Below, piece after piece: positions 1 through 9,167 of a stretch of DNA of 64,000 bases (positions are counted from its first letter, which is position 1; every line of letters begins with the position of its first letter). This DNA is from a virus: IMG/VR virus record IMGVR_UViG_3300045250_000071. One strand, given 5' to 3'. The notes beneath the pieces are model-generated. The model did no database searches, was not told where the DNA came from, and was given only the letters and a program-made list of their open reading frames with translations. The translations under genes were made by a program, and so were the position numbers.

Positions 1-353
1 GGGAATGGCACCCCGGGCACCGGGAACTGGCTCAGCCCGGCGGCGTAGCCGTTCGTGACGGCCATCGTGCGTGGCAGCGCGAGGACTCCGGCGTTGTTGG
101 TAAATCCGTTTTGCACGGGCGCCGCTGCAAGACCCGTCGAGAACACGAACGACCGGCGTGCGATGAAGAAGCCGATGGGAAGCTGCACGACGTTGTCACT
201 CGTCGCGGCAGACCCGTCGAGAGATTGCGACTCGACGAGGACGATGTCGCCGTCGCGCTTCACGCGCAGACTCGCTGCCACCCACCCGTTCAGGAGCTGT
301 GTCGTGAGATCGATCCACACGGTGGCGCGCTGGCGCCGTAGCGACCAAGGCAT
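1..353 (-). CDS. RBP-head-like cassette C6 (3' end cut by window edge; complete copy at 40947..41315)
   Basis: Starts MPWSLRR at TGATG overlap at 353; identical to 40947..41315. Confidence 0.75.
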   Translation of the reverse strand, partial: MPWSLRRQRATVWIDLTTQLLNGWVAASLRVKRDGDIVLVESQSLDGSAATSDNVVQLPIGFFIARRSFVFSTGLAAAPVQNGFTNNAGVLALPRTMAVTNGYAAGLSQFPVPGVPF

Positions 354-739
354 CAGACCTTCACCCCCGGGTAGCTCGTCGGAAAATCACCCGAGACCGG
401 TACCGACACCGTGAAATGCAGCACGTCGTTTGGCGCAGCGAAATAGAGCGGCACCCAGCCGGCCGGCGAGACCGCGAGCCGGCGTAACTGGCCGGCGCTG
501 TTGAACAGGTTTGTCCAGCAGCTGCGCCCGCTCGGGCGGAGCCCACTCGGGAGCGTGCCAGACGGCAGCAGGTCAAACGTTCCCGAAACCTCGCCGAGGC
601 GCAGCGCGTCGGCGAGCAGCCACAGTGTTTCGCCGGTGCGTTGCACGTAGAGGTTGCCGGAGGTGACGGGTGCGCCGATGAGCGACGTGACGTTCCACAG
701 CCCGGAGTCGCGCACGGAACGGGTTTTCAGAGCCCACAT
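353..739 (-). CDS. Small receptor-binding-head-like protein, cassette C5
   Basis: MWALK start; DSGLWNVT...QRTGETL...LPSGLRP...FPTSYPG pattern of tail-fibre C-terminal head domains. Confidence 0.75.
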   Translation of the reverse strand: MWALKTRSVRDSGLWNVTSLIGAPVTSGNLYVQRTGETLWLLADALRLGEVSGTFDLLPSGTLPSGLRPSGRSCWTNLFNSAGQLRRLAVSPAGWVPLYFAAPNDVLHFTVSVPVSGDFPTSYPGVKV

Positions 740-741
740 AG

Positions 742-1110
742 CTATGCCTCCGGGATCGGGTTGTCGCAGCGGTATGTTCCGGTGCCGCGGATCGCGAGGC
801 CTGCCTTCACCTGGTAGAGGTAGACAGCGCCAGTGCGGTCGATGCGGATCGACCCGCCAGGGTCGGCCGCGAGCCGTCGGCCGAGACCGATGTCGGTGTT
901 CGAGTAATGCGGCCGGAATTGTTCGTCGAGGATGACGCCGAGGTTGAGGAACGGCGCATCATCGGCGAAGACGAGCCCGTCAGCCATGAGCGTGACGGTG
1001 CGCCCCTCGCGCGCGACGCGCATCACCCCGCTCTCGGGGAGGACTGCGAATCGGCTGGTGATGTCGATCCAGTCGGTCAGCTGCCGGTGTCGGCGTTGCC
1101 AAAGCGCCAT
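742..1110 (-). CDS. Small receptor-binding-head-like protein, cassette C4
   Basis: True start MALWQRR at TGATG overlap (1110), not the ORF-track start at 1347; TDWIDIT...REGRTVTL...LDEQFRP. Confidence 0.75.
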   Translation of the reverse strand: MALWQRRHRQLTDWIDITSRFAVLPESGVMRVAREGRTVTLMADGLVFADDAPFLNLGVILDEQFRPHYSNTDIGLGRRLAADPGGSIRIDRTGAVYLYQVKAGLAIRGTGTYRCDNPIPEA

Positions 1111-1502
1111 CAGATCCCAACCCCCGGGTATGCCGTCGGGAACGCGTCGCGCGCCCGAATCTGGTGGTTGATGTTGATGAGCGTCGGCGCCCCGTTCGCG
1201 GCGACGAGCTGCAGGCGGTTGTTGTAGTGGTTGATGCGGTACATCGAGATGGGTCCACCACCCGCGCTGGACGCGAGCCCCGACCCGTACTCGTAGCGGC
1301 CACCGGAGGTGATGATTCCGGGCCGGAACCCCGAGGGCAGGAGCCACGGGATATCGCTGGTTGCGGCGGCGCCGTCGAGCTGGCCGCGGAACCAGACGAC
1401 GTCACCGACGCGTTCGACGGTGAGCACACCGGCCCAGCCGTCGCGGAGCTCGGCAGAGATGTCGCGCAGGCCGGTTCGGCGTGGTTTCAGGCTCCAGGCC
1501 AT
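1110..1502 (-). CDS. Small receptor-binding-head-like protein, cassette C3
   Basis: MAWSLK start at TAATG; TGLRDIS...ERVGDVV...LPSGFRP...FPTAYPG. Confidence 0.75.
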   Translation of the reverse strand: MAWSLKPRRTGLRDISAELRDGWAGVLTVERVGDVVWFRGQLDGAAATSDIPWLLPSGFRPGIITSGGRYEYGSGLASSAGGGPISMYRINHYNNRLQLVAANGAPTLININHQIRARDAFPTAYPGVGI

Positions 1503-1834
1503 TACGCGACCGCCTTTGTGCTGTAGGTGAGGCGTCCGAAAATCGGGCCGATGGTTAGCCCGTAGGCCTGGAGGTTGCCGGTGTTGGTGATCTGGACGCG
1601 GTTCGTGACGCCCGGCAGGTACTCGGCCTCGGTGAACGCTGGGCGGCCGAGTTCTGACGGGATGACGGCGATATTGCCGCCGGTTGTGTCGCCGAGCACG
1701 AGCACGTCGAACGCGATCACACGATCGCCGTCAGCCTTCTGCTGAAACAGAAGCCGCCCCGAGGTAACGGGGCGGCTGATGAGGTGCGTGATGTCGGTCC
1801 AGTCCGACGTCGCGGAGCGCTTGAGCCAGGGCAT
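1502..1834 (-). CDS. Small receptor-binding-head-like protein, cassette C2
   Basis: MPWLKR start at TGATG; SDWTDIT...PVTSGRLL...IPSELGRP. Confidence 0.75.
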   Translation of the reverse strand: MPWLKRSATSDWTDITHLISRPVTSGRLLFQQKADGDRVIAFDVLVLGDTTGGNIAVIPSELGRPAFTEAEYLPGVTNRVQITNTGNLQAYGLTIGPIFGRLTYSTKAVA

Positions 1835-2208
1835 CAGCCGCTCACCCCCATGAGGTTCGATGGGAACGCGCCGGCAGCCTCGACCTCGGCGTAGAACGAG
1901 ATCGGCTGGCCAGCGACGACCGAGTAGATGTTCGAGTAGCCGGCCGGTGTGACCGAGAACGTGCCGCCGGCGGTGTAGCCGGTGGAGGGGTACCAGGTCT
2001 CGCGCAGTCGCCAGCGTGGCCGGTAGCCGTCGGCGAGGCGCGGGAGCGGCACGTTGGTGCCGGCCTCAGCGAAGACGAGGTCGTCACCAACGACGATGAG
2101 CCGCGAGCGTTTCCGCTGCACGAGGAGCCGGCCCGACGTGACCGCTGCGGTGATGAGGCCGGTGATGTCGCGGACACCTGTGTCTGGATCACGTCGCATC
2201 CATGCCAT
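1834..2208 (-). CDS. Small receptor-binding-head-like protein, cassette C1
   Basis: MAWMRR start with GGAGG SD; DTGVRDIT...VTSGRLLVQR...LADGYRP...FPSNLMG. Confidence 0.75.
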   Translation of the reverse strand: MAWMRRDPDTGVRDITGLITAAVTSGRLLVQRKRSRLIVVGDDLVFAEAGTNVPLPRLADGYRPRWRLRETWYPSTGYTAGGTFSVTPAGYSNIYSVVAGQPISFYAEVEAAGAFPSNLMGVSG

Positions 2209-2210
2209 GG

Positions 2211-2594
2211 TTAGGCCTCCATTCGGTAGATGTCGCCGGTGAGCACGTCGTAGTGCCAGAACCCGACCGGTGCGCCGCCGACTGGTGCGCCCTCGCCGAA
2301 TTTCGCGTTGGCGAGCGATGTGCCGCCCTGCGACGCCTCGACGCTGGTGAGCCGCGTCTCTGCCGACGACATACGTCCCTCGAGCGGGGCCAGGTCGTCG
2401 GCGTCGAGCGTGGCGTCGAGTCGGCCCTCAGCTGCGGTGAGTCGGCCCTCGGCAGCGGTGACTCGCCCCTCGAGCGGGGCGAGGTCTTCCGCAACAAGCG
2501 CGGTGTCCAGTCGGCCCTCGGCGGCGGTCAGCCGGTATTCGACTGCGTTGATGTCCTCGGCGACGAGTACTGCGAAGGTTTGCAGGTCACCCAT
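2211..2594 (-). CDS. Short coiled-coil tail-fibre stem / putative adaptor
   Basis: Start MGDLQTF at 2594 overlapping upstream stop; repeated RLTAAEG heptads; C-terminus GEGAPVGGAPVGFWHYDVLTGDIYRMEA. Confidence 0.7.
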   Translation of the reverse strand: MGDLQTFAVLVAEDINAVEYRLTAAEGRLDTALVAEDLAPLEGRVTAAEGRLTAAEGRLDATLDADDLAPLEGRMSSAETRLTSVEASQGGTSLANAKFGEGAPVGGAPVGFWHYDVLTGDIYRMEA

Positions 2595-3144
2595 TTCGCG
2601 CTCCTGTGTAGGCGTTGAGGATGGCGGTCTCGTCGAGTGCGCTCTCGGGCTGGACCCACGCGATGCCGCCGTTTTCGTAGCCGAGCACGGCGCCGGCCCA
2701 GCCGCCCGCCGGCACGTTGACGGTGACGATCGTGACGCCCTCCCCCGGCGTCGGTGGTGCGGCGTGAACGAGGTCGAGCGGCGCCTCCGAGGTGTGCGCC
2801 GCGGTGACCTCGAACCGGAACTCGGGGATCGCGGCGGCGACGAGGTTGAACCGCGCACGCCAAACGCCGGTGGTGAGCCACACACCCGGGGGCCGGGGAG
2901 TGTCGTCCACGTTGAGGAGGCATATGTTCCCGTTCGAGTCGAAACCGAACGGGATCTCTTCCTTCACGACGAGCGCGGAGTATTGCTCTGTGCGGTCGAG
3001 CGTGGCGACCGGCGTGAACACTCCAGTGCCGCGCGGCGCGAGCGTGTCGGGGTAGTCGTCCTCGTCATCGCCGTCGGCGACGGAACGGATGACGCGTCCG
3101 ACGACGAGGCCGTACGCGAGGTCAGTAGGGGCAGGAATCGACAC
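2587..3144 (-). CDS. Minor tail / fibre-anchoring protein
   Basis: N-terminus YGLVVGRVIRSVADGDDEDDYPD resembles actinophage post-lysis minor tail proteins; heads the fibre operon. Confidence 0.6.
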   Translation of the reverse strand: MSIPAPTDLAYGLVVGRVIRSVADGDDEDDYPDTLAPRGTGVFTPVATLDRTEQYSALVVKEEIPFGFDSNGNICLLNVDDTPRPPGVWLTTGVWRARFNLVAAAIPEFRFEVTAAHTSEAPLDLVHAAPPTPGEGVTIVTVNVPAGGWAGAVLGYENGGIAWVQPESALDETAILNAYTGARNG

Positions 3145-3159
3145 CGGTCGCCTCCGTCG

Positions 3160-3474
3160 CTATTTGTCGTTGCCGATGCGCTGCAGCTGCTCGCTCGCGC
3201 CGGTGGGCTTCCACATCGAGGCGTAGCTGCCTTGCGCGACGCCGAGCGCGAGAAGGGCGTTCAGGACGCCGACTCCGATGTCGTATGCCTCGCCCGTGGC
3301 GAGTGCCGCACCAAGCTCGGTGAGGACACCAGTCGCCAGCGAGAGCACAGCGAGCAGGATGCCCTTGAACGCGCCCGAGGTGACGCGAGTAGTGACGAGG
3401 CCAACGAGTGCCGGCAGGACGACGGCGACGACGAGCGAGATGACGAGCGACGGTGGCAGGGTGAATTCGATCAT
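3160..3474 (-). CDS. Holin-like membrane protein
   Basis: About 3 hydrophobic helices, basic/polar C-terminus WKPTG, in lysis cassette. Confidence 0.7.
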   Translation of the reverse strand: MIEFTLPPSLVISLVVAVVLPALVGLVTTRVTSGAFKGILLAVLSLATGVLTELGAALATGEAYDIGVGVLNALLALGVAQGSYASMWKPTGASEQLQRIGNDK

Positions 3475-3761
3475 TTGGAATCTCCTTGAGTTTCGATTGC
3501 CCCGGTGCCGCCAATAACTGGGCGCCGCGGGAGTTCGTCGGTGTCAATGCACGGTGCATTGACGGCAATTCGCCGGAGTTCGTTGTATGCGTCTTCCATT
3601 GCGAATAGGTCATTTCGAATCTTTCGCACGAGCCGCCACGCCTTCTGCTCGTCGGTATGCTTCTTGCCTCGCCGGTCGAGCAGCTTCTGCACGATGTAGA
3701 GGCCGACTCCGCCACTAGAGAAGAGCGCAATCCCAAGCCCGGTCAGCTGCTCCGGAGTCAT
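3471..3761 (-). CDS. Single-TM membrane protein of lysis cassette
   Basis: N-terminal hydrophobic segment then basic stretch and short coiled coil; ATGA-coupled to holin. Confidence 0.6.
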   Translation of the reverse strand: MTPEQLTGLGIALFSSGGVGLYIVQKLLDRRGKKHTDEQKAWRLVRKIRNDLFAMEDAYNELRRIAVNAPCIDTDELPRRPVIGGTGAIETQGDSK

Positions 3762-3766
3762 CGGCG

Positions 3767-4189
3767 CTACCCCCGGTCATCGAGAATTGGCGGGCGATAA
3801 TCCCACCCTCGGATATTGAGGATGCGAGAGAGGAAGAACAGCTCGGCAAAAATGAGACTGCACAGCTGCGGAACGCGATTGCCTTCGGCGGTGATGATGA
3901 GCCAGACGACTTGCGTGAGATAGATCATCAGGCCGGTCATGAGCAGGAGGATCGACGCTCGTTCGGCCCACCACCACCGCGAGTAGACGGTGAGGCAGCC
4001 GCCGAGCCCGCCGATGAGCATGATGAGGCCCCACACGAACGTCAGCGCGGTGCCGAGTTCGTTCTCGATCGTGCGCGGTGGCACGGTGAGACAAGCGATG
4101 CCCATGATGACGGCGACGATGTAGCCGACGAGGCCGACGGGTCGGTGCCGGGGCGGGTCGAGGAACACACGGACGAGAAATTGCCGCAT
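3767..4189 (-). CDS. 4-TM membrane protein (holin-like)
   Basis: Four hydrophobic segments immediately downstream of endolysin. Confidence 0.65.
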   Translation of the reverse strand: MRQFLVRVFLDPPRHRPVGLVGYIVAVIMGIACLTVPPRTIENELGTALTFVWGLIMLIGGLGGCLTVYSRWWWAERASILLLMTGLMIYLTQVVWLIITAEGNRVPQLCSLIFAELFFLSRILNIRGWDYRPPILDDRG

Positions 4190-4198
4190 GATCGGCCC

Positions 4199-5002
4199 CT
4201 AGTCGCTCGTGGTGAGTGTGATTTCGAGGCCGGCGAGCGCGTCCTTGAGCGCTCCGTCGATGCGTTTCAGGACGGCGTCCTGGTCGAGCCCGTTCGCTTT
4301 CGCGAGCGTCTCGACGGCGGCTCGCAGGGCCTTGATCTCGGCCTGGGTGTCGAGGGTGCGACCCATGAGCCCGTTCGTGGAGCGCCGGGCCTGGCGAAGT
4401 CGCTCACCTGCCGTCTCGGTGGGAATCTGCCCACCGGTCGGGAGTTTCTTCCCGCCCTCCATTTCGTAGCGCCAGACGGCCGCGGCCGCGGCCTCGGCGA
4501 TGCTTGCGATCTCTGCCTTCGTGACCACGTCATCCTCCTTTGGAGTGGGTTTTGCGGGCGAGGTGCCCGAGGTTTTCGAGACGAGCGAGGGTCGCCCGCC
4601 GGCGGAGCGGGTCCAGCCGAGGTACTTGTGCCCCTTGCGGCGCTGGTAATCGTTGAAATCGACGGTGCCGTAGTTGATCGACCCGCCCCGGTCGAGACGG
4701 CGCGACACGGCCTTCGAGTCGCCGGTCATGAAAATGAGCCCGTTGCCGAGCGACCAGCCGACGTGCCCGTCGGGGTACCACTCCCAGAAGTGCACGGCGC
4801 CGCGCGGGGCGGCGTACGGGTCGGTGCCGTCGATGCGGGAGGCGCGGTAGTCGAGCGTCGCCGAGGAGTAGGAGCGATGTGCCTGGCTGCCGGTGTGCGC
4901 CCAGATGCCATACCAAATTAGGCGTTCACATTCCTGATTCCAATTGAAATACGGTCGGCCTCGGTTCATTTGATCGATGACTTTATCGACGCTGAAACTC
5001 AT
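4199..5002 (-). CDS. Endolysin (CHAP/NlpC-P60-like Cys-His peptidase plus helical C-terminal domain)
   Basis: QECERLIW (Cys) ... PRGAVHFW...GHVGWSLGNG (His) ... YLGW; Pro/Lys linker; position before holins. Confidence 0.7.
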   Translation of the reverse strand: MSFSVDKVIDQMNRGRPYFNWNQECERLIWYGIWAHTGSQAHRSYSSATLDYRASRIDGTDPYAAPRGAVHFWEWYPDGHVGWSLGNGLIFMTGDSKAVSRRLDRGGSINYGTVDFNDYQRRKGHKYLGWTRSAGGRPSLVSKTSGTSPAKPTPKEDDVVTKAEIASIAEAAAAAVWRYEMEGGKKLPTGGQIPTETAGERLRQARRSTNGLMGRTLDTQAEIKALRAAVETLAKANGLDQDAVLKRIDGALKDALAGLEITLTTSD

Positions 5003-5018
5003 TGTGATTCCTTTGTGA

Positions 5019-5057
5019 AACGACGAATGCGCCCAGCTGGTGGGCGCATTCGTCGTT
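5019..5057 (-). terminator. Intrinsic terminator-like hairpin between tail fibre and endolysin
   Basis: 17-bp perfect inverted repeat aacgacgaatgcgccca/tgggcgcattcgtcgtt with 5-nt loop; only a short T run. Confidence 0.6.
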
Positions 5058-5065
5058 GCGATCGA

Positions 5066-7996
5066 TTACTTCGTGTAGGTGACGGTGATCTTCGTCGCGC
5101 CCTTATCGAAATAGCCGTAGGACGAGAGCGAGCCCGCGTATTTCGGCGTGACGGTGAGGCCACGTGCCGAGATGATAGCCGCGAAATAGCCCGACGGTAC
5201 CGTGTAGGTCTTCGTCTGACCGTTTGTGATCGCACCTTCGTTCGTGTTCGTGAACGACGGCATCGTCGCGGGCAGCCCGTTCGTCGGTGTCACTCCGACG
5301 TAGAACGAGATGTTCGTCTTCGAGGAGTAGACCTGCGTGCACCGAACCGTGATCTTTGCCGACTTGATCGTCGCGCCCTGCAGGTCGGAGTAGAACGCGT
5401 CCGGCATCGAGAACACGAGCCGCTCCGACATCGCTGCACCGAACGCGGAACCAGCGATGAGGATGCGCGGGTCACCTGCTTGCGAGCCGGAGGCCCGGTA
5501 GCCGCGCACGCCGCTGGCGGTGTACGTCTTGGTGTATTGCTTCTTCGTCGGTGGCGCCGGCGTGGTGTTCGCGGGCGTCGTCGCGGTTGCGACGTCGAAT
5601 GGGATGTCCGGGCCAGCGTCCTCGATGAGGAAGTAGGTGCCACTGAGTGCGTCGGTGGTGCCCGACCCTGCGTAGAGCGGTGTCGTGCCCGACTTGACGC
5701 GACCCGTGTAGCCGATCTCTGTCTCGCCGTCCGCGTTCGGGGTGAAATAGGAGCCCGGCACGTAGGCGATGAGCAGCTTTCCTTCGGTATCCGACCCGGT
5801 CGCGCCAAAACCTTCGTTGACCACGCTCGTGTTGTTCATCGAGACCGTCGACCCCGACGACTTGATGCCGAAGTAGCCGGCGTTGTTGCCGCCGAGCGAC
5901 AACCGCGCCGTGAACCGGTAGAGCCGGTCGGGCAGCGGTGAGAACTTGTCTCGAATCAGGATGCGTTCGGTCGTCGAGAGCGTCGTGTTTTCAGAGAGTG
6001 TGACGGCCGACATCGGGCCACGAGGGCCCTGGTGGTCGATGAACGGAACGCCGCCGACCTCGAGCTCGTCGAAGCTGCCGAACCCGCCCCACACGTCACC
6101 GGTCGACTGCATGCCGGCCGTGACTTCACCGTCCTGTGCGACGGCGATGGAGACGTCGCCGTTCGGGCTGATGACGATGATCGGCTGTCGGTTGGCCCAG
6201 TCGTCGACCTGTTGGCCGGGCACGACCGGCGCGTAGAAGACGAGGCCCTGTTCCGTCCAGCGGGCGTTTTCGCCGAGCTGGAACATTTCGACGCCGAGCT
6301 TGCCGGCGGCGAACTCGGAGGTGACGAGCTTGTCGAAGAACGCTTGCGAGGCGGTGATCTTCTCGGCGGTGACGGAGCCGGTCGCGAGCATGTCGCGCGT
6401 GATGATCGACGTCAGCGCTTGGAGCCGGTCGACGACCGCGAGACGCGCCCACACCTGGTTGATTGCCGCGACGTTGAGGTTCGCGACACCGGTCGAGGTG
6501 AGGTTCGTCATCATCGCGTCAACGAAAACACCGACCGCGGCCGCGACTTCCTGCGCGGCGACGTGGCGAGCCTTGATCGAGCCATCGACGATGAGCTCGC
6601 CCTGCGTGCGAGGCCGCAGACGCAGCCCGGCGACCGAGATGACCGCTTGCCGTTCCGTGCCGGCGGAGTGGTTGAAATACGTCGTTCCGAGCCGCAGGTG
6701 GGTCGTGGTCGAGAGCGGGTTGATGACGATCTGGTACTTCGTCCACTCGGTTGGCACGGGGTTGACGACGAGCGGGTACGAGCCGGTTGAGACGTTCTCG
6801 CTCGTTGCGCCGGGGAGAACGGTGTTGCTGCCGGTGCCGTGCGCCGCGGCCTGGTTGCGCAGCTCGAATACGATGCGGGAGCCGGGCTTGTCGGCCTTGA
6901 GCCACACCTCGAACAGCAGCTGGCCACCGTCGACGGGCTTGAGGGTGTCGGTGGTGGCCATGCTGCCCATGCCGGCAGCCGTGGTGAACGCGCCGGCCTC
7001 GCCGGCGGCGACGTCGGTCGTCTGCCATGTGAGCGAGGGGTGCGCCGCCCAGCCGCCCTTAGAGCCGAGCTCGCCGGCGCCGTTGTCGATGAGGTTCACG
7101 GGCTGCGCGGCGATGACGACGCGTTCGGCGTAGAGCCGGGTGAGGAACGCGTCGTCGGCGAGCAGCGTCGATATCACTGCGGCCTGGAACTTCGAGGTTC
7201 CGGATGCGGTGAGTTTGCCGACGTCGAGGTCGCCGATCTTGCCGTTCGTGACCGCGAGGTCACCGATCTGCGCGGTGCCGATGGCGGCGTCACCCATCTG
7301 TGCGCGCCCGATGGCTTTGTCACCGATGAAGTCTTGGCCGACCTTGACCTGGGTCCACGTTGTCGCGCCGGTGAGGACGTAGCGCCGCTGCGTAATGCTG
7401 CCCGAGCGGACTTCCCACACCGCGCCGAGCGGCTTACCGATCGCGTCGGCCGTGGTCGGGTTCGCCGTGGCAACGGTGTAGCGGCCGTCAGCGGTCGACG
7501 CGCGATCCGAAGCGTCGTTCGCCTTGTTGAGTGCCTCGAGAGCACTCGCCCCGGCGGCGTCAGCGTCGTCCTTCGCGGTATTGGCGGTGTTCGTTGCGGT
7601 CTGCGCGGCGTTCCATGCGTTCGTCGCGGCGGTGGCTGCGGCAGTGATGTCGGTGTCGAGGTCGGTGAGTTCCTGCTCCGCCGCGTCGAGCCGCTCCTGC
7701 GCCGCGGCGATCGCGGTCTCGTGTGCCTCGAATTGCTCAGTGAAGTCGCCGGTGGATGTCTCGAGCGCCTCCTCAGCGTCGGTGAGTCGCTGCCGGGCGG
7801 CGTCGAGTTCCTCGTCGAGCGTGTCGAGGTCCTCGAGGAGGTTGCGGGATGGGATATCGGAGATGCCCTCGGGCGCGTCGTGCGGGCTCTGCACCTCGAG
7901 CGACGTCGTCGCGCGGCCGAGACCCTGCAGGCTCGAGGCCTGCACGCCGGAGAGTATCGACGCGAGCGTCGGACGCACACGGTATTTCCGCACCAC
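5066..7996 (-). CDS. Large minor tail protein / central tail fibre (976 aa)
   Basis: N-terminal coiled coil, IG-x-A-Q-IG-D-x-A beta-helix-like repeats, NLIDNG carbohydrate-binding-like module; last gene of tail block. Confidence 0.8.
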   Translation of the reverse strand: MVRKYRVRPTLASILSGVQASSLQGLGRATTSLEVQSPHDAPEGISDIPSRNLLEDLDTLDEELDAARQRLTDAEEALETSTGDFTEQFEAHETAIAAAQERLDAAEQELTDLDTDITAAATAATNAWNAAQTATNTANTAKDDADAAGASALEALNKANDASDRASTADGRYTVATANPTTADAIGKPLGAVWEVRSGSITQRRYVLTGATTWTQVKVGQDFIGDKAIGRAQMGDAAIGTAQIGDLAVTNGKIGDLDVGKLTASGTSKFQAAVISTLLADDAFLTRLYAERVVIAAQPVNLIDNGAGELGSKGGWAAHPSLTWQTTDVAAGEAGAFTTAAGMGSMATTDTLKPVDGGQLLFEVWLKADKPGSRIVFELRNQAAAHGTGSNTVLPGATSENVSTGSYPLVVNPVPTEWTKYQIVINPLSTTTHLRLGTTYFNHSAGTERQAVISVAGLRLRPRTQGELIVDGSIKARHVAAQEVAAAVGVFVDAMMTNLTSTGVANLNVAAINQVWARLAVVDRLQALTSIITRDMLATGSVTAEKITASQAFFDKLVTSEFAAGKLGVEMFQLGENARWTEQGLVFYAPVVPGQQVDDWANRQPIIVISPNGDVSIAVAQDGEVTAGMQSTGDVWGGFGSFDELEVGGVPFIDHQGPRGPMSAVTLSENTTLSTTERILIRDKFSPLPDRLYRFTARLSLGGNNAGYFGIKSSGSTVSMNNTSVVNEGFGATGSDTEGKLLIAYVPGSYFTPNADGETEIGYTGRVKSGTTPLYAGSGTTDALSGTYFLIEDAGPDIPFDVATATTPANTTPAPPTKKQYTKTYTASGVRGYRASGSQAGDPRILIAGSAFGAAMSERLVFSMPDAFYSDLQGATIKSAKITVRCTQVYSSKTNISFYVGVTPTNGLPATMPSFTNTNEGAITNGQTKTYTVPSGYFAAIISARGLTVTPKYAGSLSSYGYFDKGATKITVTYTK

Positions 7997-8007
7997 GAGG
8001 GAACCTC

Positions 8008-9165
8008 CTACACGTTGTCGAGGATGAGAGGGTCAAACGTCAGCGTGAGCATGTCGCTCTCGGTGCCCGAGAACTCGAGGATGCGCAGGCGGTACGTGCC
8101 ATCCGCGAGCGCGGGGTGGTCGCGGACGGTGACGTTGGCGATTTCGCCGGGCCAGAATTTGCCGAGTGGGGTGACGCCGTCGGCTCGGACTTGGAGCGAG
8201 AGTTGCAGTACCGGGTAGGGGTTGAGCATGCCCTGGGCGAGGGCGGCGAGCCGGCCGGTTTTGTCGCCCTCTTTGGTGATTTGGCCGTCGGTGACGGTCG
8301 TTTCTCGGATGGGCCAGCCGGCGGGGACAGGGATGGACTGGAGAGTGAGGTACGTGCCGACGTCTTGGCCGTCGCCGATGCCGTACGCGCGGTGCACGAT
8401 CGGCGCGGCGGAGAGGTCGGCCGAGAGTTGGCCGACGCTCGGGGAGCCGAGTTCCCAGTCGTGGATGACGTCTTGCCCGATGTAGGGGTCTTCGTCGGTG
8501 CCGGTGAGCATCTGCCACTCGAAATACCGGTCATCGACGATGACGGGCCGGAAGTCGATATCGGGCCCGTTCTGCACGTTCGAGAGGTTCTCGAGGAGGT
8601 GGTGGGCGTCGAGGTTCGGGACGTTGAACGCCTGGTATGTGCGTTCGTGCGTTCCTTTGCGTTCGGGCAGAAACGTGATCGGGAGCGCACCGGAGGCTTT
8701 CTCGAGCACGGTCGAGACGATGCGGCGCGCGATCGTGCCGAGCGACAGCTTCGTCCAGCGGTACTGCTTCTTCGCGCTGAACCCATCCTCGGGCACGAGA
8801 TAGCGCTGTTTCAGCAGCTGCGTGTAGCCGACGACCTCGAGCTCGACCCCGACCGTGGTGATGCGGACAGTGTCACCGATCGGGCCACCGATGATCGGGA
8901 CGCCGTTGTAGAGCAGCATGATGCCGATACGGGAGGGCATGAGCAGGTCGCGGAGGCGGGCTTGCCAGTCGGGCCGGTCGCGTGCGATGAGGTGTGCGAG
9001 GGAGTCGACCGACCAGCGCAGGCCCGACGAGGACTGGTTCGCGAGGTTCTGCGGCGGTGCGAGAATCTTCCCGTCACGCACGGTACGGGTGAACGAGAAC
9101 GGCACCAGCGGGAGTTCGCCGAGCCGGAGCCCGTCGACCGTCTGAAACCGCTCCATCGTCCACAC
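8008..9165 (-). CDS. Minor tail protein (baseplate hub / Gp37-like)
   Basis: GPDIDFRP motif, size and position after Dit. Confidence 0.75.
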   Translation of the reverse strand: MWTMERFQTVDGLRLGELPLVPFSFTRTVRDGKILAPPQNLANQSSSGLRWSVDSLAHLIARDRPDWQARLRDLLMPSRIGIMLLYNGVPIIGGPIGDTVRITTVGVELEVVGYTQLLKQRYLVPEDGFSAKKQYRWTKLSLGTIARRIVSTVLEKASGALPITFLPERKGTHERTYQAFNVPNLDAHHLLENLSNVQNGPDIDFRPVIVDDRYFEWQMLTGTDEDPYIGQDVIHDWELGSPSVGQLSADLSAAPIVHRAYGIGDGQDVGTYLTLQSIPVPAGWPIRETTVTDGQITKEGDKTGRLAALAQGMLNPYPVLQLSLQVRADGVTPLGKFWPGEIANVTVRDHPALADGTYRLRILEFSGTESDMLTLTFDPLILDNV

Positions 9166-9167
9166 CG

